NCBI GenBank assembly: GCA_037442925.1
Contig: JBBIPG010000003.1
Coordinates: forward strand, 2,913 to 66,912
Length of the DNA stretch: 64,000 bases
Reading direction: 5' to 3'
Origin: Candidatus Fraserbacteria bacterium
Lineage (GTDB): Bacteria > Bipolaricaulota > Bipolaricaulia > RBG-16-55-9
Shown: piece by piece, positions 1 to 8,990 of the stretch
Layout of the letters: each line of letters opens with the position of its first letter
How positions within the stretch are numbered: the stretch's first letter is position 1
Notes under the pieces: generated by a model
The model's database searches: none
Told to the model about the DNA's origin: nothing
The model's input: only the letters and a program-made list of their open reading frames with translations
Made by a program: the position numbers and the translations under genes

Positions 1-28
1 ATTGCGAGCCTTGATCCCTGGGCTGTTC

Positions 29-2010
29 TTATCTCAGTAAGAGCAGCTTCTTGATGTCGCTCCGGATCACCGAGCCATCGAAACCCTGTGCTGTGATTGT
101 GTAGAGATAGACCCCGTTGGCGATCCGCTCACCGTCTGATCTTCTTAAGTTCCAGATCAGCCGTGTTCCGGCCTCTTCTTGAGCAAAGATGCGCCGACCG
201 TTCAAGTCGTAGATTTCAACGCCGATGGAGCTGATTCCCTGACCGCGCGCAATGAAAGTGATGGCCTCTTGTGCAGGATGGGCTGTGAGCTTGATGGACT
301 CCGCGCGGGGCACCTTAGAACTCGATGTAGCTGAGGAGATCCGGCCCTGGGAGATCCACAGATCAATGGCCCTAAAGAACGTGGCATCATCGATCTGCTC
401 CGCGATCCAGGCGTCGATGACGGCGAAGAACTCATTGTCATCAAGGATGTCGTTGTTATTCTCGTCAAAGCCTTCCAGGGGCAAGGAAGCGGCAGGTGGA
501 GGTAGACCAGGGCTGGGCGGCTGTCCTATGGGAGTAATCTCTCCTAGCTGCCCCTGCTGCGTCACTTGCACTTGCTGGCCTGTCTGGAGCATGAGCGCCT
601 GTCCTCCGGCTCTGGGTTGAACGTTCACCGCCACCTGATCTGCTGCGACCAGAGTGGTGCCGGTGGTGGGGTTGTATCCGACGCTGAAGTTTCCCTTGCC
701 GGAGGGACTGACGGTTGTGGTGGGTGTTTCAACGCTCAGAGGAAGTGAATTGCTCATTCCCTGCACTTGGATGGCACCCTGGATGAGTTGGAGCGTCAAG
801 GTTCCCGGGGCTGCCTGCGTTGCATGAACTGCAAGCGATTGTGGTTCATAGCAGGCTTCTAGGAGGAAACGGAAGACGAAATAGAAGATGGCGAACATCC
901 CTTCGTAGTCCTGATAGCGTTCGGCTGTTTCCACTGCGTTGAACACTGCAAGAGCGAAGGCAACGCGGGCACACTTCAAATCCAATCTCAGTTTAGGGGG
1001 CACGCACGAACCTGTTTGCAGTGCATGGAGCCCCATGCCACTTGGACAGTCGGCTCCACCAGCCCCCATGGTGACACTAGCACCCGAATCAATGCTCTGT
1101 CCGACTTGCGCAGATTGACCATCGATCTGCACATCTCCTTCGACTGCACCGACGACCAGTTGAGGCTCTTCGGTGGATGGTGGCGGTGGGCCCCCGACGA
1201 CGCACTCGAAGTTGTAGGGATACGGCGCGCTGGTGTTGCCTGCCCCATCTTTCAGAATTACTCTGCTGTCCACTCGGCCTGGCTGGCTACAGGTAGTGGT
1301 CACGGCGATGAAGCCTTGCGTCTGCCCTTTCACCCCCGGATCAAAGGAGCCGCTGCCAAGCCAAACCGCTCCTACCCGTGCCTCGAAGATCACTTCAGTA
1401 ACATCTCCATCGTCATCTTTGAAGGCCAGTTGCCAAGGAGTTGGTGTGCCCATGGGAATCTCCGAGGGTATACCTATCGCAATGATTGTCGGAGGGTAGC
1501 CTGGACCTGGCCCCGGTCCGGGTGTATGACAGCCTTGGGCGATGACCTGACCATCTTCCTCACCACCTACACTCTGACCCAATCCAGCAGGCTTGAACCG
1601 GACGGCCACTGCGTAGTCCACCGTTTGACTCGGGTCTGTGTGACAAACTCTATGGAGACACCGCTGGCGAAATACTCCTGGTAGGGGCCGCCAGTGACGT
1701 TGTCGGTGACCCTGATCGATTGGACCACCGCGCCCGGCAGGGAAGCGGTCACTTGGTATGCCCCTGGGTTGATCTGGGTAATGGCAACGTTGTCCTGAGG
1801 CCCCGTGGTAACGCAGATTTGATCCAACGGACTCACTACAAAACAGACTTGCGCACCGAAAGCTTTGTCGGCCAACAGGGAACTGGGATCCTCCGAGTAC
1901 GTGGTGATGACCTTCACTCGTATGGCTTGGCCTAAGGCATCTGAAGCAATGAACGCCCACATCAGCACGAACGCAACTGGCATCCATCCCCATCTCGGCA
2001 TGAGTTTCAT
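29..2010 (-). CDS. Secreted surface protein with dockerin-like Ca-binding repeats and a T9SS-type C-terminal sorting domain. The reading frame is broken near 1570-1640, so this may be a pseudogene or a sequencing error.
   Basis: A signal peptide (MKLMPRWGWMPVAFVLMWAFIASDALG) is encoded in the 1567..2010 frame. The rest of the protein is in the 29..2050 frame shifted by +1, and only the part downstream of ~1630 looks protein-like. C-terminal ~70 aa (IYDLNGRRIF...GVYLYTITAQG...KKLLLLR) fits the Por_Secre_tail/FlgD-Ig-like CTD pattern. DENNNDILDDNEFFAVIDAWI...DDATFFRAIDLWI resembles a dockerin repeat pair. Confidence 0.55.
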
Positions 2011-2374
2011 GGTTCCTCCTTTCCCTTGGCTCGCCTTGTTGCCGCATCAAAGCCTGGTACCCACTGCGCCAATGTGCTTGGCCCTCCTGTTGCAGAGGCT
2101 CCAGCCACAGGCGGACGACGAACGAGACCGTGCGGCGCTCGAAGTATTCCGTGATGGTCTAACCTCCCGGACATCAGATCGTCCGTCGGGAGGGACTCTA
2201 GCATAGAGGTGTTGAGTTTTTGTTGAATCGGGAATGGTCCATAGAGAGCGGCGGTTATGACGACGAGCTAAGCCAGGGTGTCCTCGGAATCTATCGCAAT
2301 CTGTTGGTGCAGCGAATGGGGAGCCTTGCACCGCAGCATCGCCAATGCTAAGCTGAACTCGAGGTGCCCTGGCT

Positions 2375-2626
2375 ATGGAAATTCGCCATTACAAGTTCGA
2401 TCGGATCACCTTAGATCCGGGAAAATGCTTTGGGAAGCCCTGCATCCGGGGGCTGAGAATACCGGTCACCTCCATCCTCAGTTACCTCAGCTCTGGCATG
2501 ACGGTAGATGACCTCCTGAAGGAGTGGCCTGAACTCGAGCGAGAGGACATCTATCAGGCCTTGGGCTACGCCTCTTGGGCTATGGAAGAGAGAGTTGTGC
2601 CCTTAGAAGAGACAACGGCCAAATGA
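2375..2626 (+). CDS. DUF433 family protein, the antitoxin-like partner of DUF5615
   Basis: [25 protein letters not shown]...[10 protein letters not shown] matches the DUF433 consensus. It ends 1 nt before the next ORF begins. Confidence 0.75.
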   Translation: MEIRHYKFDRITLDPGKCFGKPCIRGLRIPVTSILSYLSSGMTVDDLLKEWPELEREDIYQALGYASWAMEERVVPLEETTAK

Positions 2627-2627
2627 G

Positions 2628-3005
2628 ATGCGATTCTTGCTGAACATGAACATCCCACGCCTGTTGGGATCGTACTTGACGGCTGCTGGTCACCCGTGTC
2701 GTCACGCTGGGGATATTGGCCTGGCACGCGCCCAAGATGTGGCCATTCTCGACGAAGCCAGAACCCAGGGAGAAGTGATCGTCACCCATGATCTCGATTA
2801 CGGTCATCTGCTGGCATTCTCCGGCAACCCAAACCCTTCGGTTGTCATCTTTCGACTGCGCAATACCCACCCGGACAACCTGTTGGCGCGAATGACGAGC
2901 AGATGGGAAGAGATCGAACAGCCACTCCGTGAGGGGGCCATTGTCGTGCTGGAAGATGCTACAGTGCGCATTCGGCGCTTGCCTATTAAGTCGCTAGAGT
3001 CATAG
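2628..3005 (+). CDS. DUF5615 family PIN-like nuclease domain protein, a putative toxin
   Basis: MRFLLNMNIPRL...VIVTHDLDYGHLLAFSG...PSVVIFRLRN is the typical DUF5615 (Mut7-C/PIN-like) pattern. It is paired with the upstream DUF433 gene. Confidence 0.75.
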   Translation: MRFLLNMNIPRLLGSYLTAAGHPCRHAGDIGLARAQDVAILDEARTQGEVIVTHDLDYGHLLAFSGNPNPSVVIFRLRNTHPDNLLARMTSRWEEIEQPLREGAIVVLEDATVRIRRLPIKSLES

Positions 3006-3131
3006 GCCCTTTTAGGGCGTGACGTCAGTCGTTTTGGGCTGACAGAACCTCGCGAATCGCGCGATTCACCTTCACGCGTTCGAGGAAGCTGCGTCGTAAC
3101 TCAGGGTCCGTCAAGCGATCTGCTTTTGCCA

Positions 3132-4055
3132 TCATCTCGCCATACGCTTGTTGCAGGGCTTTGCGCGCCTCGATCCGATGATCATTGGTGCCAGGGTCTG
3201 GCTGTGGATGAAGTAGATCTCCTCTTCCGCTCCTTCGATGTGCCGTCTTGCGCGCAGCAAGTCCACTGCCTGCCCCGAGAACTGTAGAGCCTCTTTCGGG
3301 CGGCCCTGCTTCAGGCAGGCCAACGCCCGATACGAAAACCCTTGGATGACTCCATGCGGCAGATCCGCGCGTTCGGCTTCAGTCGCAGCTCGACGGGCGT
3401 ACTCTTCTGCCAACCGCCAGCTTGCCGGATCATCCCGCTCCGCGTGCAGCAAAGCCAGACCATTCAGGCTCTGAACGAGATCATACCCATCTTGGAGGGA
3501 CTGACTGAGCTCCCATGCCTGGTGAAGGTATTCCTCTGCCTCGGCTGTCCGATCCATGGCTCGCAGACAAGCACCTGTGTCTGATAGGCATTCCGCTGCG
3601 GCGATCGGGTAGGCAAACTCTCGATAGAGCGGCAGAGCAATCTCTCTTGCCTGCAGGTCTTTTTCATAGCAGCCGAGGTAGTAATACACATCGCCCCGGT
3701 TGTCCAGAGCGAACGTGCGATGCAGACGCCTTGCGGGCGAGTTCCAAAGATCGGCAGCGCGCGTAAAATCATCCAGGGCTTCGGCATAGCGGCCCAGACA
3801 CATCAGCACGGTGCCACGGGTGTTGAGCACCATCGCCTGCTGATGAGGATCTTGCGTCTCTTGCGCCAAGCGCAGGGCTTCGTTGTGGTGCTCCAAAGCC
3901 TGCTCCAATTGACCCGTGCGGTAGTACAGAAACCCCACTCGCTGATGAAATCCGATGGCCGTAGCGGCAGAGACTCCTTGAGCGATGATCGGCGCATACA
4001 GAGGCACGAGCTCCAAAGCTGCCTGGTTCTGCCCTGTGTCGATGTCATGTCTCAT
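3132..4055 (-). CDS. TPR-repeat protein, the C-terminal remnant of a decayed SARP/AfsR-type STAND regulator
   Basis: Repeated TPR-like helical pairs (AxxxxxxALxL...). Lies directly downstream of the wHTH-BTAD fragment and the Walker-A fragment on the same strand. Confidence 0.6.
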   Translation of the reverse strand: MRHDIDTGQNQAALELVPLYAPIIAQGVSAATAIGFHQRVGFLYYRTGQLEQALEHHNEALRLAQETQDPHQQAMVLNTRGTVLMCLGRYAEALDDFTRAADLWNSPARRLHRTFALDNRGDVYYYLGCYEKDLQAREIALPLYREFAYPIAAAECLSDTGACLRAMDRTAEAEEYLHQAWELSQSLQDGYDLVQSLNGLALLHAERDDPASWRLAEEYARRAATEAERADLPHGVIQGFSYRALACLKQGRPKEALQFSGQAVDLLRARRHIEGAEEEIYFIHSQTLAPMIIGSRRAKPCNKRMAR

Positions 4056-4103
4056 CCGGGTGTAGTAGGCTTGAGCAGCAAGGCCTCGAACAGCCGACCC
4101 GGC

Positions 4104-5297
4104 TCATGACCGGCAGCAACAGGACCGGCATCCAGCGAACTCAATTCGGGGAGGAGGCGTGAGAGTTCCGCTCGCCAGATGGGGTCGAGATCGACCGCCG
4201 TTGCACGTGCAGAGGGGGATCGCGAGCGCAAGGCGTCTAAGAGGGGCTGATAGGGCAGGGCTCCCTCCAGTTCCCGACCTCTGCCTTCGAGTTGCAAAGC
4301 GCCTTGATGCTTGACGTAGTTGAGAAATTCCTGTGCCAGTCGCGTCTTGCCGATCCCGGGCTTCTCCCACAATCACGACCACGCTCCCTCGGCCCATCTG
4401 TGCTGCGTCCCAACGATGGACCAGCTCTGCAAGCTCTCGGTCACGCCCGATAAAGGGCAGTCGACCTAGGGATACAGGCAACTGTCGCAGACTCTCGATG
4501 GCCACAGGGGGCGGGTACGGTCGTTCGCCCGACACCGCCCGCTCGCGAATCTGCTGGGCCAACGCTACGGTTTCTGCCAGAGGCGCGACATTCAGCTCCT
4601 CAGCCAGAGTTTGTCGACACTCTTCATATGCCCTAAGCGCCAAGGATGGATCACCCGCATGGTAGTGATACAACATCAACTGGCACCACGCGCTCTCCCG
4701 ACACCGGTCGGCAGCCAACACCTCACGACACAGGGCAACCGCTCGCCGATAGCGCCCCTGACGGGCATACAACTCTGCCAGCTGAGTCAGAAGCGAGTAG
4801 TACAACTCGCGCAGTCGCTCACGTTCTGTCGTGGCCCAGTCGGCGTATCGGTCCGCTTCAAGATAATCACCCTGATACAACGCTCGTGCGCGTTCGGCCT
4901 GTTCGATGCGCCTTTGGAGCTCTCCCTCCCCCATCTCGAATTCCTCATAGCGAGATGCGAACTCCTGCGTGTCCAACCAGTATTCTGCCTGGGTGTTCCA
5001 GCAGTAGCCGCCTTCCGTGTGCAACACGTAACGTGAATGGGAGCGCTGAGCCAGATCCGGCTCTAGGGCGTGGCGAACGTGGCTGATGGCCACGCGCAAG
5101 TTGCGACTTGCCGAAGCAGGATCGAGATCGGGCCAGAGCCAGTCCATGAGTCGGTCTTTCGTGAGGACATGGCCTCGCTGAGTCAGGAGAATTTTGAGAA
5201 GAGCCCTATGTTTCTGAGTCTTCCATGCCGAGTCGGCAATCGGGGCATTGTCAGAGTATACGCGAAAGCTTCCCAGCGTATAGATGCGTAGATCCAC
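4104..5297 (-). CDS. SARP-family regulator N-terminal fragment (OmpR-type wHTH plus BTAD), truncated at the start of the NB-ARC ATPase domain
   Basis: LGSFRVY...ALLKILLTQRGHVLTKDRLMDWLWPD (wHTH) plus BTAD-like helices. Collinear with the N-terminal 300 aa of the intact paralog at 53822..57019. The Walker A motif (GIGKTRLAQEF) lies in a different frame (4052..4372). Confidence 0.6.
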   Translation of the reverse strand: MDLRIYTLGSFRVYSDNAPIADSAWKTQKHRALLKILLTQRGHVLTKDRLMDWLWPDLDPASASRNLRVAISHVRHALEPDLAQRSHSRYVLHTEGGYCWNTQAEYWLDTQEFASRYEEFEMGEGELQRRIEQAERARALYQGDYLEADRYADWATTERERLRELYYSLLTQLAELYARQGRYRRAVALCREVLAADRCRESAWCQLMLYHYHAGDPSLALRAYEECRQTLAEELNVAPLAETVALAQQIRERAVSGERPYPPPVAIESLRQLPVSLGRLPFIGRDRELAELVHRWDAAQMGRGSVVVIVGEARDRQDATGTGISQLRQASRRFATRRQRSGTGGSPALSAPLRRLALAIPLCTCNGGRSRPHLASGTLTPPPRIEFAGCRSCCCRS

Positions 5298-5352
5298 CGA
5301 ATCCCACTTGCCTCCCCGTGATCCCTACGGATTGCACAACCGCGGAATCGCT

Positions 5353-6294
5353 CTACAGCTTCACTTGGCTCACCGTCTGCCGCACAAGCTCCGCAGATCT
5401 TCTGAACATCTCTTGCTCATTGGGCGAGAGCTTCAGCTCGATGATTCTCTCCATGCCCCTTGCTCCCAGAACCACGGGAATACCCAAGAAGAGATCCTTG
5501 ATGCCATACTCGCCCTGGAGATAAGCCGCACTGGGAATGATTCGCTTTTGATCGAGTAAGATCGCCTCGACCATCTGAGCCACACCGGCCGAAGGCGCAT
5601 AGTACGCGCTCCCCTCGCCCAAAAGTTCGACGATCTCTGTGCCACCCTTGCGCGTGCGTTCCACCAGCTTCTCAATCTGTTGCGCGTTCAAAAGCTGAGT
5701 CAGTGGGATTCCTGCCACGCTCGCGTGGCTGGCCAACGGCACCATGCCTACATCGGTGTGCCCGCCAATCACAAGAGCTTGCACGTCTTGCATGGAGACG
5801 CCCAACTCCATCGCGATGAACGAACGGAATCGCGTTGAATCAAGCGCTCCCGACTGTCCGATCACCCGCTCGCGGGGGAAGCCGCTCAGCTTGTACGCTG
5901 CATAGACCATGGCATCCAAAGGATTCGTGACGACAATCAGAATGGCCTTCGGGGAATACTTCACAACGGGCTCGATCACGCTCTTGATAATTGATGTGTT
6001 GATATTGATCAAGTCTTCTCTCGTCATGCCTGGTTTTCGGGGCATCCCCGCGGTGATCACCACGACATCGGAATCACGCGTCTCGTTGTAGTCGCTGGTG
6101 CCGATGAGATGAGAATCAAAACCCACTAAGGGAGCCGATTCCCGCATGTCAAGCGCTTTGCCTTTCGTGGGCTTTTCCTTCTCGGGAATGTCCACCATGA
6201 CCACGTGAGCCAGGTTGCTCTCTGCAATTCGTTGTGCAGCGGTTGCTCCAACAAAGCCGGCTCCCACGACTGTCACTTTGCCTCGCACGATCAT
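5353..6294 (-). CDS. mdh: Malate dehydrogenase, LDH-like type, NAD-dependent
   Basis: GAGFVGATAA Rossmann motif, ITAGMPRKPGMTR, GGHTD, and strong overall similarity to LDH-like MDHs of Chloroflexus. Confidence 0.9.
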   Translation of the reverse strand: MIVRGKVTVVGAGFVGATAAQRIAESNLAHVVMVDIPEKEKPTKGKALDMRESAPLVGFDSHLIGTSDYNETRDSDVVVITAGMPRKPGMTREDLININTSIIKSVIEPVVKYSPKAILIVVTNPLDAMVYAAYKLSGFPRERVIGQSGALDSTRFRSFIAMELGVSMQDVQALVIGGHTDVGMVPLASHASVAGIPLTQLLNAQQIEKLVERTRKGGTEIVELLGEGSAYYAPSAGVAQMVEAILLDQKRIIPSAAYLQGEYGIKDLFLGIPVVLGARGMERIIELKLSPNEQEMFRRSAELVRQTVSQVKL

Positions 6295-6415
6295 CGCCTC
6301 CGCTTCACGTTTGTTTGAGGTAACTGGATACGCTTGCTCAGGCTAACAGAAAGCGCATCTTCCCGCAAACGAGTTTGCCTTCATTGCGCATGTGGAGTAA
6401 AAATGGGCGAGCGAA

Positions 6416-7159
6416 ATGGCCCGAATCGACGAACGAACCGAGCAGTTCCTTCAGCAATTCACCCAGCAGATGGTTGATCTTTTGGGGGAGGAGCTTCGCT
6501 CTGTGATCTTATACGGAAGCGCCGCAGGCCCGCATTTCTTGCCCGGCATCTCGGATGTGAACGTCTTGATCGTTCTGCGCGAGATCATGCCCGATCGACT
6601 CCCACAGGCTGCCGACCGATTGAAACGTTTTCGCAAGGAACGTCTGGAGCCTCTCTTCGTTGACCACCTGCACATCGCCCTGCTCGCTGAATCCTACCCC
6701 ATAGAGCTTTTAGAGATGAAGGAGCAACATCGAGTGCTTCATGGAGAGGACGTGCTGCAGGGTGTGAATGTCTTGCGGGAGAGACTTCCGCTACAGTTGA
6801 TGAGCGAATTACTAGGCAAATCTCTTCGTTTACGCGCGCTTTATGTCGATACCGGGCGCGATGCGCGACGCATGGAGGATGTGCTGAGTCGAGCCACGAA
6901 CTCCTTTCGAGTGCTGATGCGCACGCTCTTGCGACTGAGCGAACAGAGCCTCATTCCGCCCACGGAGTATCTGGAGATTGTCACACAAGTCGAGGAGCGC
7001 CTGGGGCTGAGTCTGCCCGGCCTTCGTGATATCTATCAAGTAAAACTCGGTACGCGTCGCCTGCTTCGCGAAGAACTGAACCATCTCTTTGAGCAAATCC
7101 TGCGGGAAGCGGACATCTTGACTCGATGTGCCTCGGAACTACCACCGCAAGCATCATGA
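6416..7159 (+). CDS. Nucleotidyltransferase domain protein
   Basis: The LYGSAAGPHFLPGISDVNVLIV motif is the GS-X10-DxD pattern of polymerase-beta-type nucleotidyltransferases. Confidence 0.7.
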   Translation: MARIDERTEQFLQQFTQQMVDLLGEELRSVILYGSAAGPHFLPGISDVNVLIVLREIMPDRLPQAADRLKRFRKERLEPLFVDHLHIALLAESYPIELLEMKEQHRVLHGEDVLQGVNVLRERLPLQLMSELLGKSLRLRALYVDTGRDARRMEDVLSRATNSFRVLMRTLLRLSEQSLIPPTEYLEIVTQVEERLGLSLPGLRDIYQVKLGTRRLLREELNHLFEQILREADILTRCASELPPQAS

Positions 7160-7359
7160 ACATCCTCGTCATCATTGTCCTCGTTATGCTCGCCGGGTTA
7201 TTCCTGCTTGGCCCAGGACGGAGTCTGATCTGGGGCAAATGGGATCCGGTCCTTGCATTGCAGGAACGGAAATCGCGCCATCTCGCTTCAGAGACGGGTA
7301 CGCTTCTAGGGGCATTCAGTCGGGGTGAGTTGGGCGAGTTTGGGGGCGCGCGAAGATAG
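7156..7359 (+). CDS. Small putative membrane protein
   Basis: Its ATG overlaps the stop of the upstream gene (ATGA). Hydrophobic N-terminus MNILVIIVLVMLAGLFLLGPG. Confidence 0.3.
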   Translation: MNILVIIVLVMLAGLFLLGPGRSLIWGKWDPVLALQERKSRHLASETGTLLGAFSRGELGEFGGARR

Positions 7360-7368
7360 CTGGATTCA

Positions 7369-7824
7369 TCATCTACGGCGGTAGTCTTTCATCGCTCTCT
7401 GGATTTCGCGTTGGCTCTCCTCGCGCTTGATCTTCTCTCGTTTGTCGTATTTGGCCAGACCCTTGGCGACAGCAAGTTCGACTTTGGCATAGCCGTTCTT
7501 GAAGTACATCGTAAGAGGAATAAGTGTATAGCCGCGCTGCTGTGTCTTTCCGATGAGTCGGGCGATCTCGCTCTTCTTGAGCAAGAGCTTGCGCGCTCGT
7601 AATGGATCATGGTTGTAGCGATTGCCCTGCTCGTAGGGAGCGATATACACATCCATCAAGTAGACTTCGCCGTCCCGCACGAGGGCGAAGCCATCTTTGA
7701 GGGAGCAGCTGCCACGCCGCAGACTCTTCACTTCCGTGCCCGTGAGCACAAGGCCCGCTTCGAGGGTCTCCTCAATCTGGTAGTCACGGCGAGCAGTCCG
7801 GTTGGTAGCCACCGCCTGGCCCAT
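7369..7824 (-). CDS. smpB: SsrA-binding protein SmpB
   Basis: NRTARRDYQIEETLEAGLVLTGTEVKSLR...KLLLKKSEI is the SmpB signature. Confidence 0.9.
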   Translation of the reverse strand: MGQAVATNRTARRDYQIEETLEAGLVLTGTEVKSLRRGSCSLKDGFALVRDGEVYLMDVYIAPYEQGNRYNHDPLRARKLLLKKSEIARLIGKTQQRGYTLIPLTMYFKNGYAKVELAVAKGLAKYDKREKIKREESQREIQRAMKDYRRR

Positions 7825-7910
7825 GAAGATCACCTGAATTCATTCTAGAGTCTGTCGCTTGAGTAGACAAGCATCTGCTTGACCCTAGGTGGCTGCGTCT
7901 GCCATGATGA

Positions 7911-8447
7911 ATGGCTATGCGCGTGCATGTGGGTTCATCGAATCCCGTCAAACGCGAAGCCGTGAGGCGGGTCTTTTCGCGCGTCTTTGCGGACAAAACG
8001 CTGGAAGTCCGGCTCGTGGCAGTCTCAGCGGACATCCCGCAGCAGCCGTTCAACGGCGACGTCGCTCGGGGAGCTTTAGAGCGTGCGAAGGATGCCCTCG
8101 ACGATGCGGATTACGGTGTGGGCGTCGAGGCGGGACTCATCTGGAACGAGGTTTTTCGCCTTTATTTTGACGTACAGTTTTGCGTCATCGTGGATCGCCA
8201 GGGAAGAATCACAGCAGGACATGGGTCGGGATTCATCTACCCCGAACGTGTGATTCAAGCGGCCTTGTCCGGCAAGACCGTGGGACAGGCCATGACGGAG
8301 TGGACGGGGATTGAGAGGATTGGCCATGGTATGGGAGCAATCGGGTATCTATCGCAGGGCCTATTGGATCGCACTCAGCTTACCGAGCAGGCGGTGCTCA
8401 TGGCGCTGATCCCTCGTATCCGACCGGAGCTCTACGGCGCTCGCTAG
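7911..8447 (+). CDS. Non-canonical purine NTP phosphatase (inosine/xanthosine triphosphatase) of the YjjX/DUF84 family
   Basis: N-terminal VGSSNPVK motif and overall YjjX-like pattern. Confidence 0.7.
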   Translation: MAMRVHVGSSNPVKREAVRRVFSRVFADKTLEVRLVAVSADIPQQPFNGDVARGALERAKDALDDADYGVGVEAGLIWNEVFRLYFDVQFCVIVDRQGRITAGHGSGFIYPERVIQAALSGKTVGQAMTEWTGIERIGHGMGAIGYLSQGLLDRTQLTEQAVLMALIPRIRPELYGAR

Positions 8448-8557
8448 AGGCTGGCTTTCGGTTGCCGCGTGCCGCGCTTGCCCTTCTTCTTGCCCATCTT
8501 GCGCTCTTTGCGGCGCTTCTTCGCCTTCGTGCGCTTGCGTGCACCACTTCGGGCCAT
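8444..8557 (-). CDS. 37-aa hyper-basic small protein (MARSGARKRTKAKKRRKERKMGKKKGKRGTRQPKASL), possibly a ribosome-associated small protein of the bL37/bS22 type
   Basis: Perfect SD (GGAGGTG) 6 nt upstream of the ATG, no in-frame interruption, extreme K/R content. Found by reading the minus strand; too short for the ORF track. Confidence 0.45.
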   Translation of the reverse strand: MARSGARKRTKAKKRRKERKMGKKKGKRGTRQPKASL

Positions 8558-8645
8558 GGGTAGCACCTCCAATTCGTGATGGTGTGGTAAGCTCGATGAA
8601 TTCAGCACTTTTCACATGCTATGTCGAGCAAGATCGCAGGGGGAC

Positions 8646-8675
8646 TTGACTTTCCTGCCTCACTGCGTTTATAAT
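8646..8675 (+). promoter_or_regulatory. Sigma70-type promoter for the HU gene: TTGACT, 18-nt spacer, TATAAT
   Basis: Near-consensus -35 and -10 hexamers about 35 nt upstream of the hup start, in an AT-enriched stretch. Confidence 0.45.
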
Positions 8676-8708
8676 TCGCATTAATCTTATCAAACCGGGG
8701 GGGTACAG

Positions 8709-8990
8709 ATGACAAAGCAAGAGTTCATCGAGAGGTTGTCCAGGAAGGCAAAGCTCTCCAAGAAGGACGCGCGGGCTGTGGTCGATTCGGCCATCGGTAT
8801 GATCGTAGACCGCGTCAAGCGCAAGGAGAAAGTGACACTCACGGGCTTCGGCACCTTTGAGGCTCGCCGACAGAAGGCGACGCAGCGGATGAACCCGCAG
8901 ACGGGCCGCAAGATGATGGTGCCGGAGAAGTATGTGCCCAAGTTCCGAGCTGGCAAGCAGTTCAAGGAAGCTCTGAGCCGTCGGCGCTAA
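8709..8990 (+). CDS. hup: DNA-binding protein HU
   Basis: MTKQEFIERLS...LTGFGTFEARRQKATQRMNPQTGRKM is the HU/IHF family signature. Confidence 0.9.
   Translation: MTKQEFIERLSRKAKLSKKDARAVVDSAIGMIVDRVKRKEKVTLTGFGTFEARRQKATQRMNPQTGRKMMVPEKYVPKFRAGKQFKEALSRRR

Larger units (their letters stand above)
3132..5297 (-). pseudogene. Decayed SARP/AfsR-like STAND transcriptional regulator, with frameshifts and an internal deletion of most of the NB-ARC domain
   Basis: Three consecutive ORFs in different frames (wHTH-BTAD, Walker-A fragment, TPR). The total of ~800 aa compares with 1065 aa in the intact paralog. Confidence 0.45.

Noticed and set aside
840-1000. Low-GC patch inside the secreted-protein ORF as a possible inserted element
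   Set aside because: It remains in frame and has no flanking direct repeats or mobile-element genes. It is more likely a linker or divergent segment of the protein.
1016-1684. Long plus-strand ORFs (1016..1684, 1233..1499, 252..620) overlapping the secreted-protein gene
   Set aside because: Their translations are Cys/Arg/Trp-rich and low-complexity, with no motifs. They are antisense to a well-supported minus-strand coding frame with recognisable domains.
2150-2200. Imperfect inverted repeat (CCTCCCGGAC...GTCGGGAGG) in the 5' region of the secreted-protein gene
   Set aside because: It has a 9-bp stem with a bulge and no supporting context. It could be a 5'-UTR structure but the evidence is too thin.
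3003-3030. Terminator hairpin after the DUF5615 gene (GCCC-ttttA-GGGC)
   Set aside because: The stem is only 4 bp with no downstream U-run, too weak to call.
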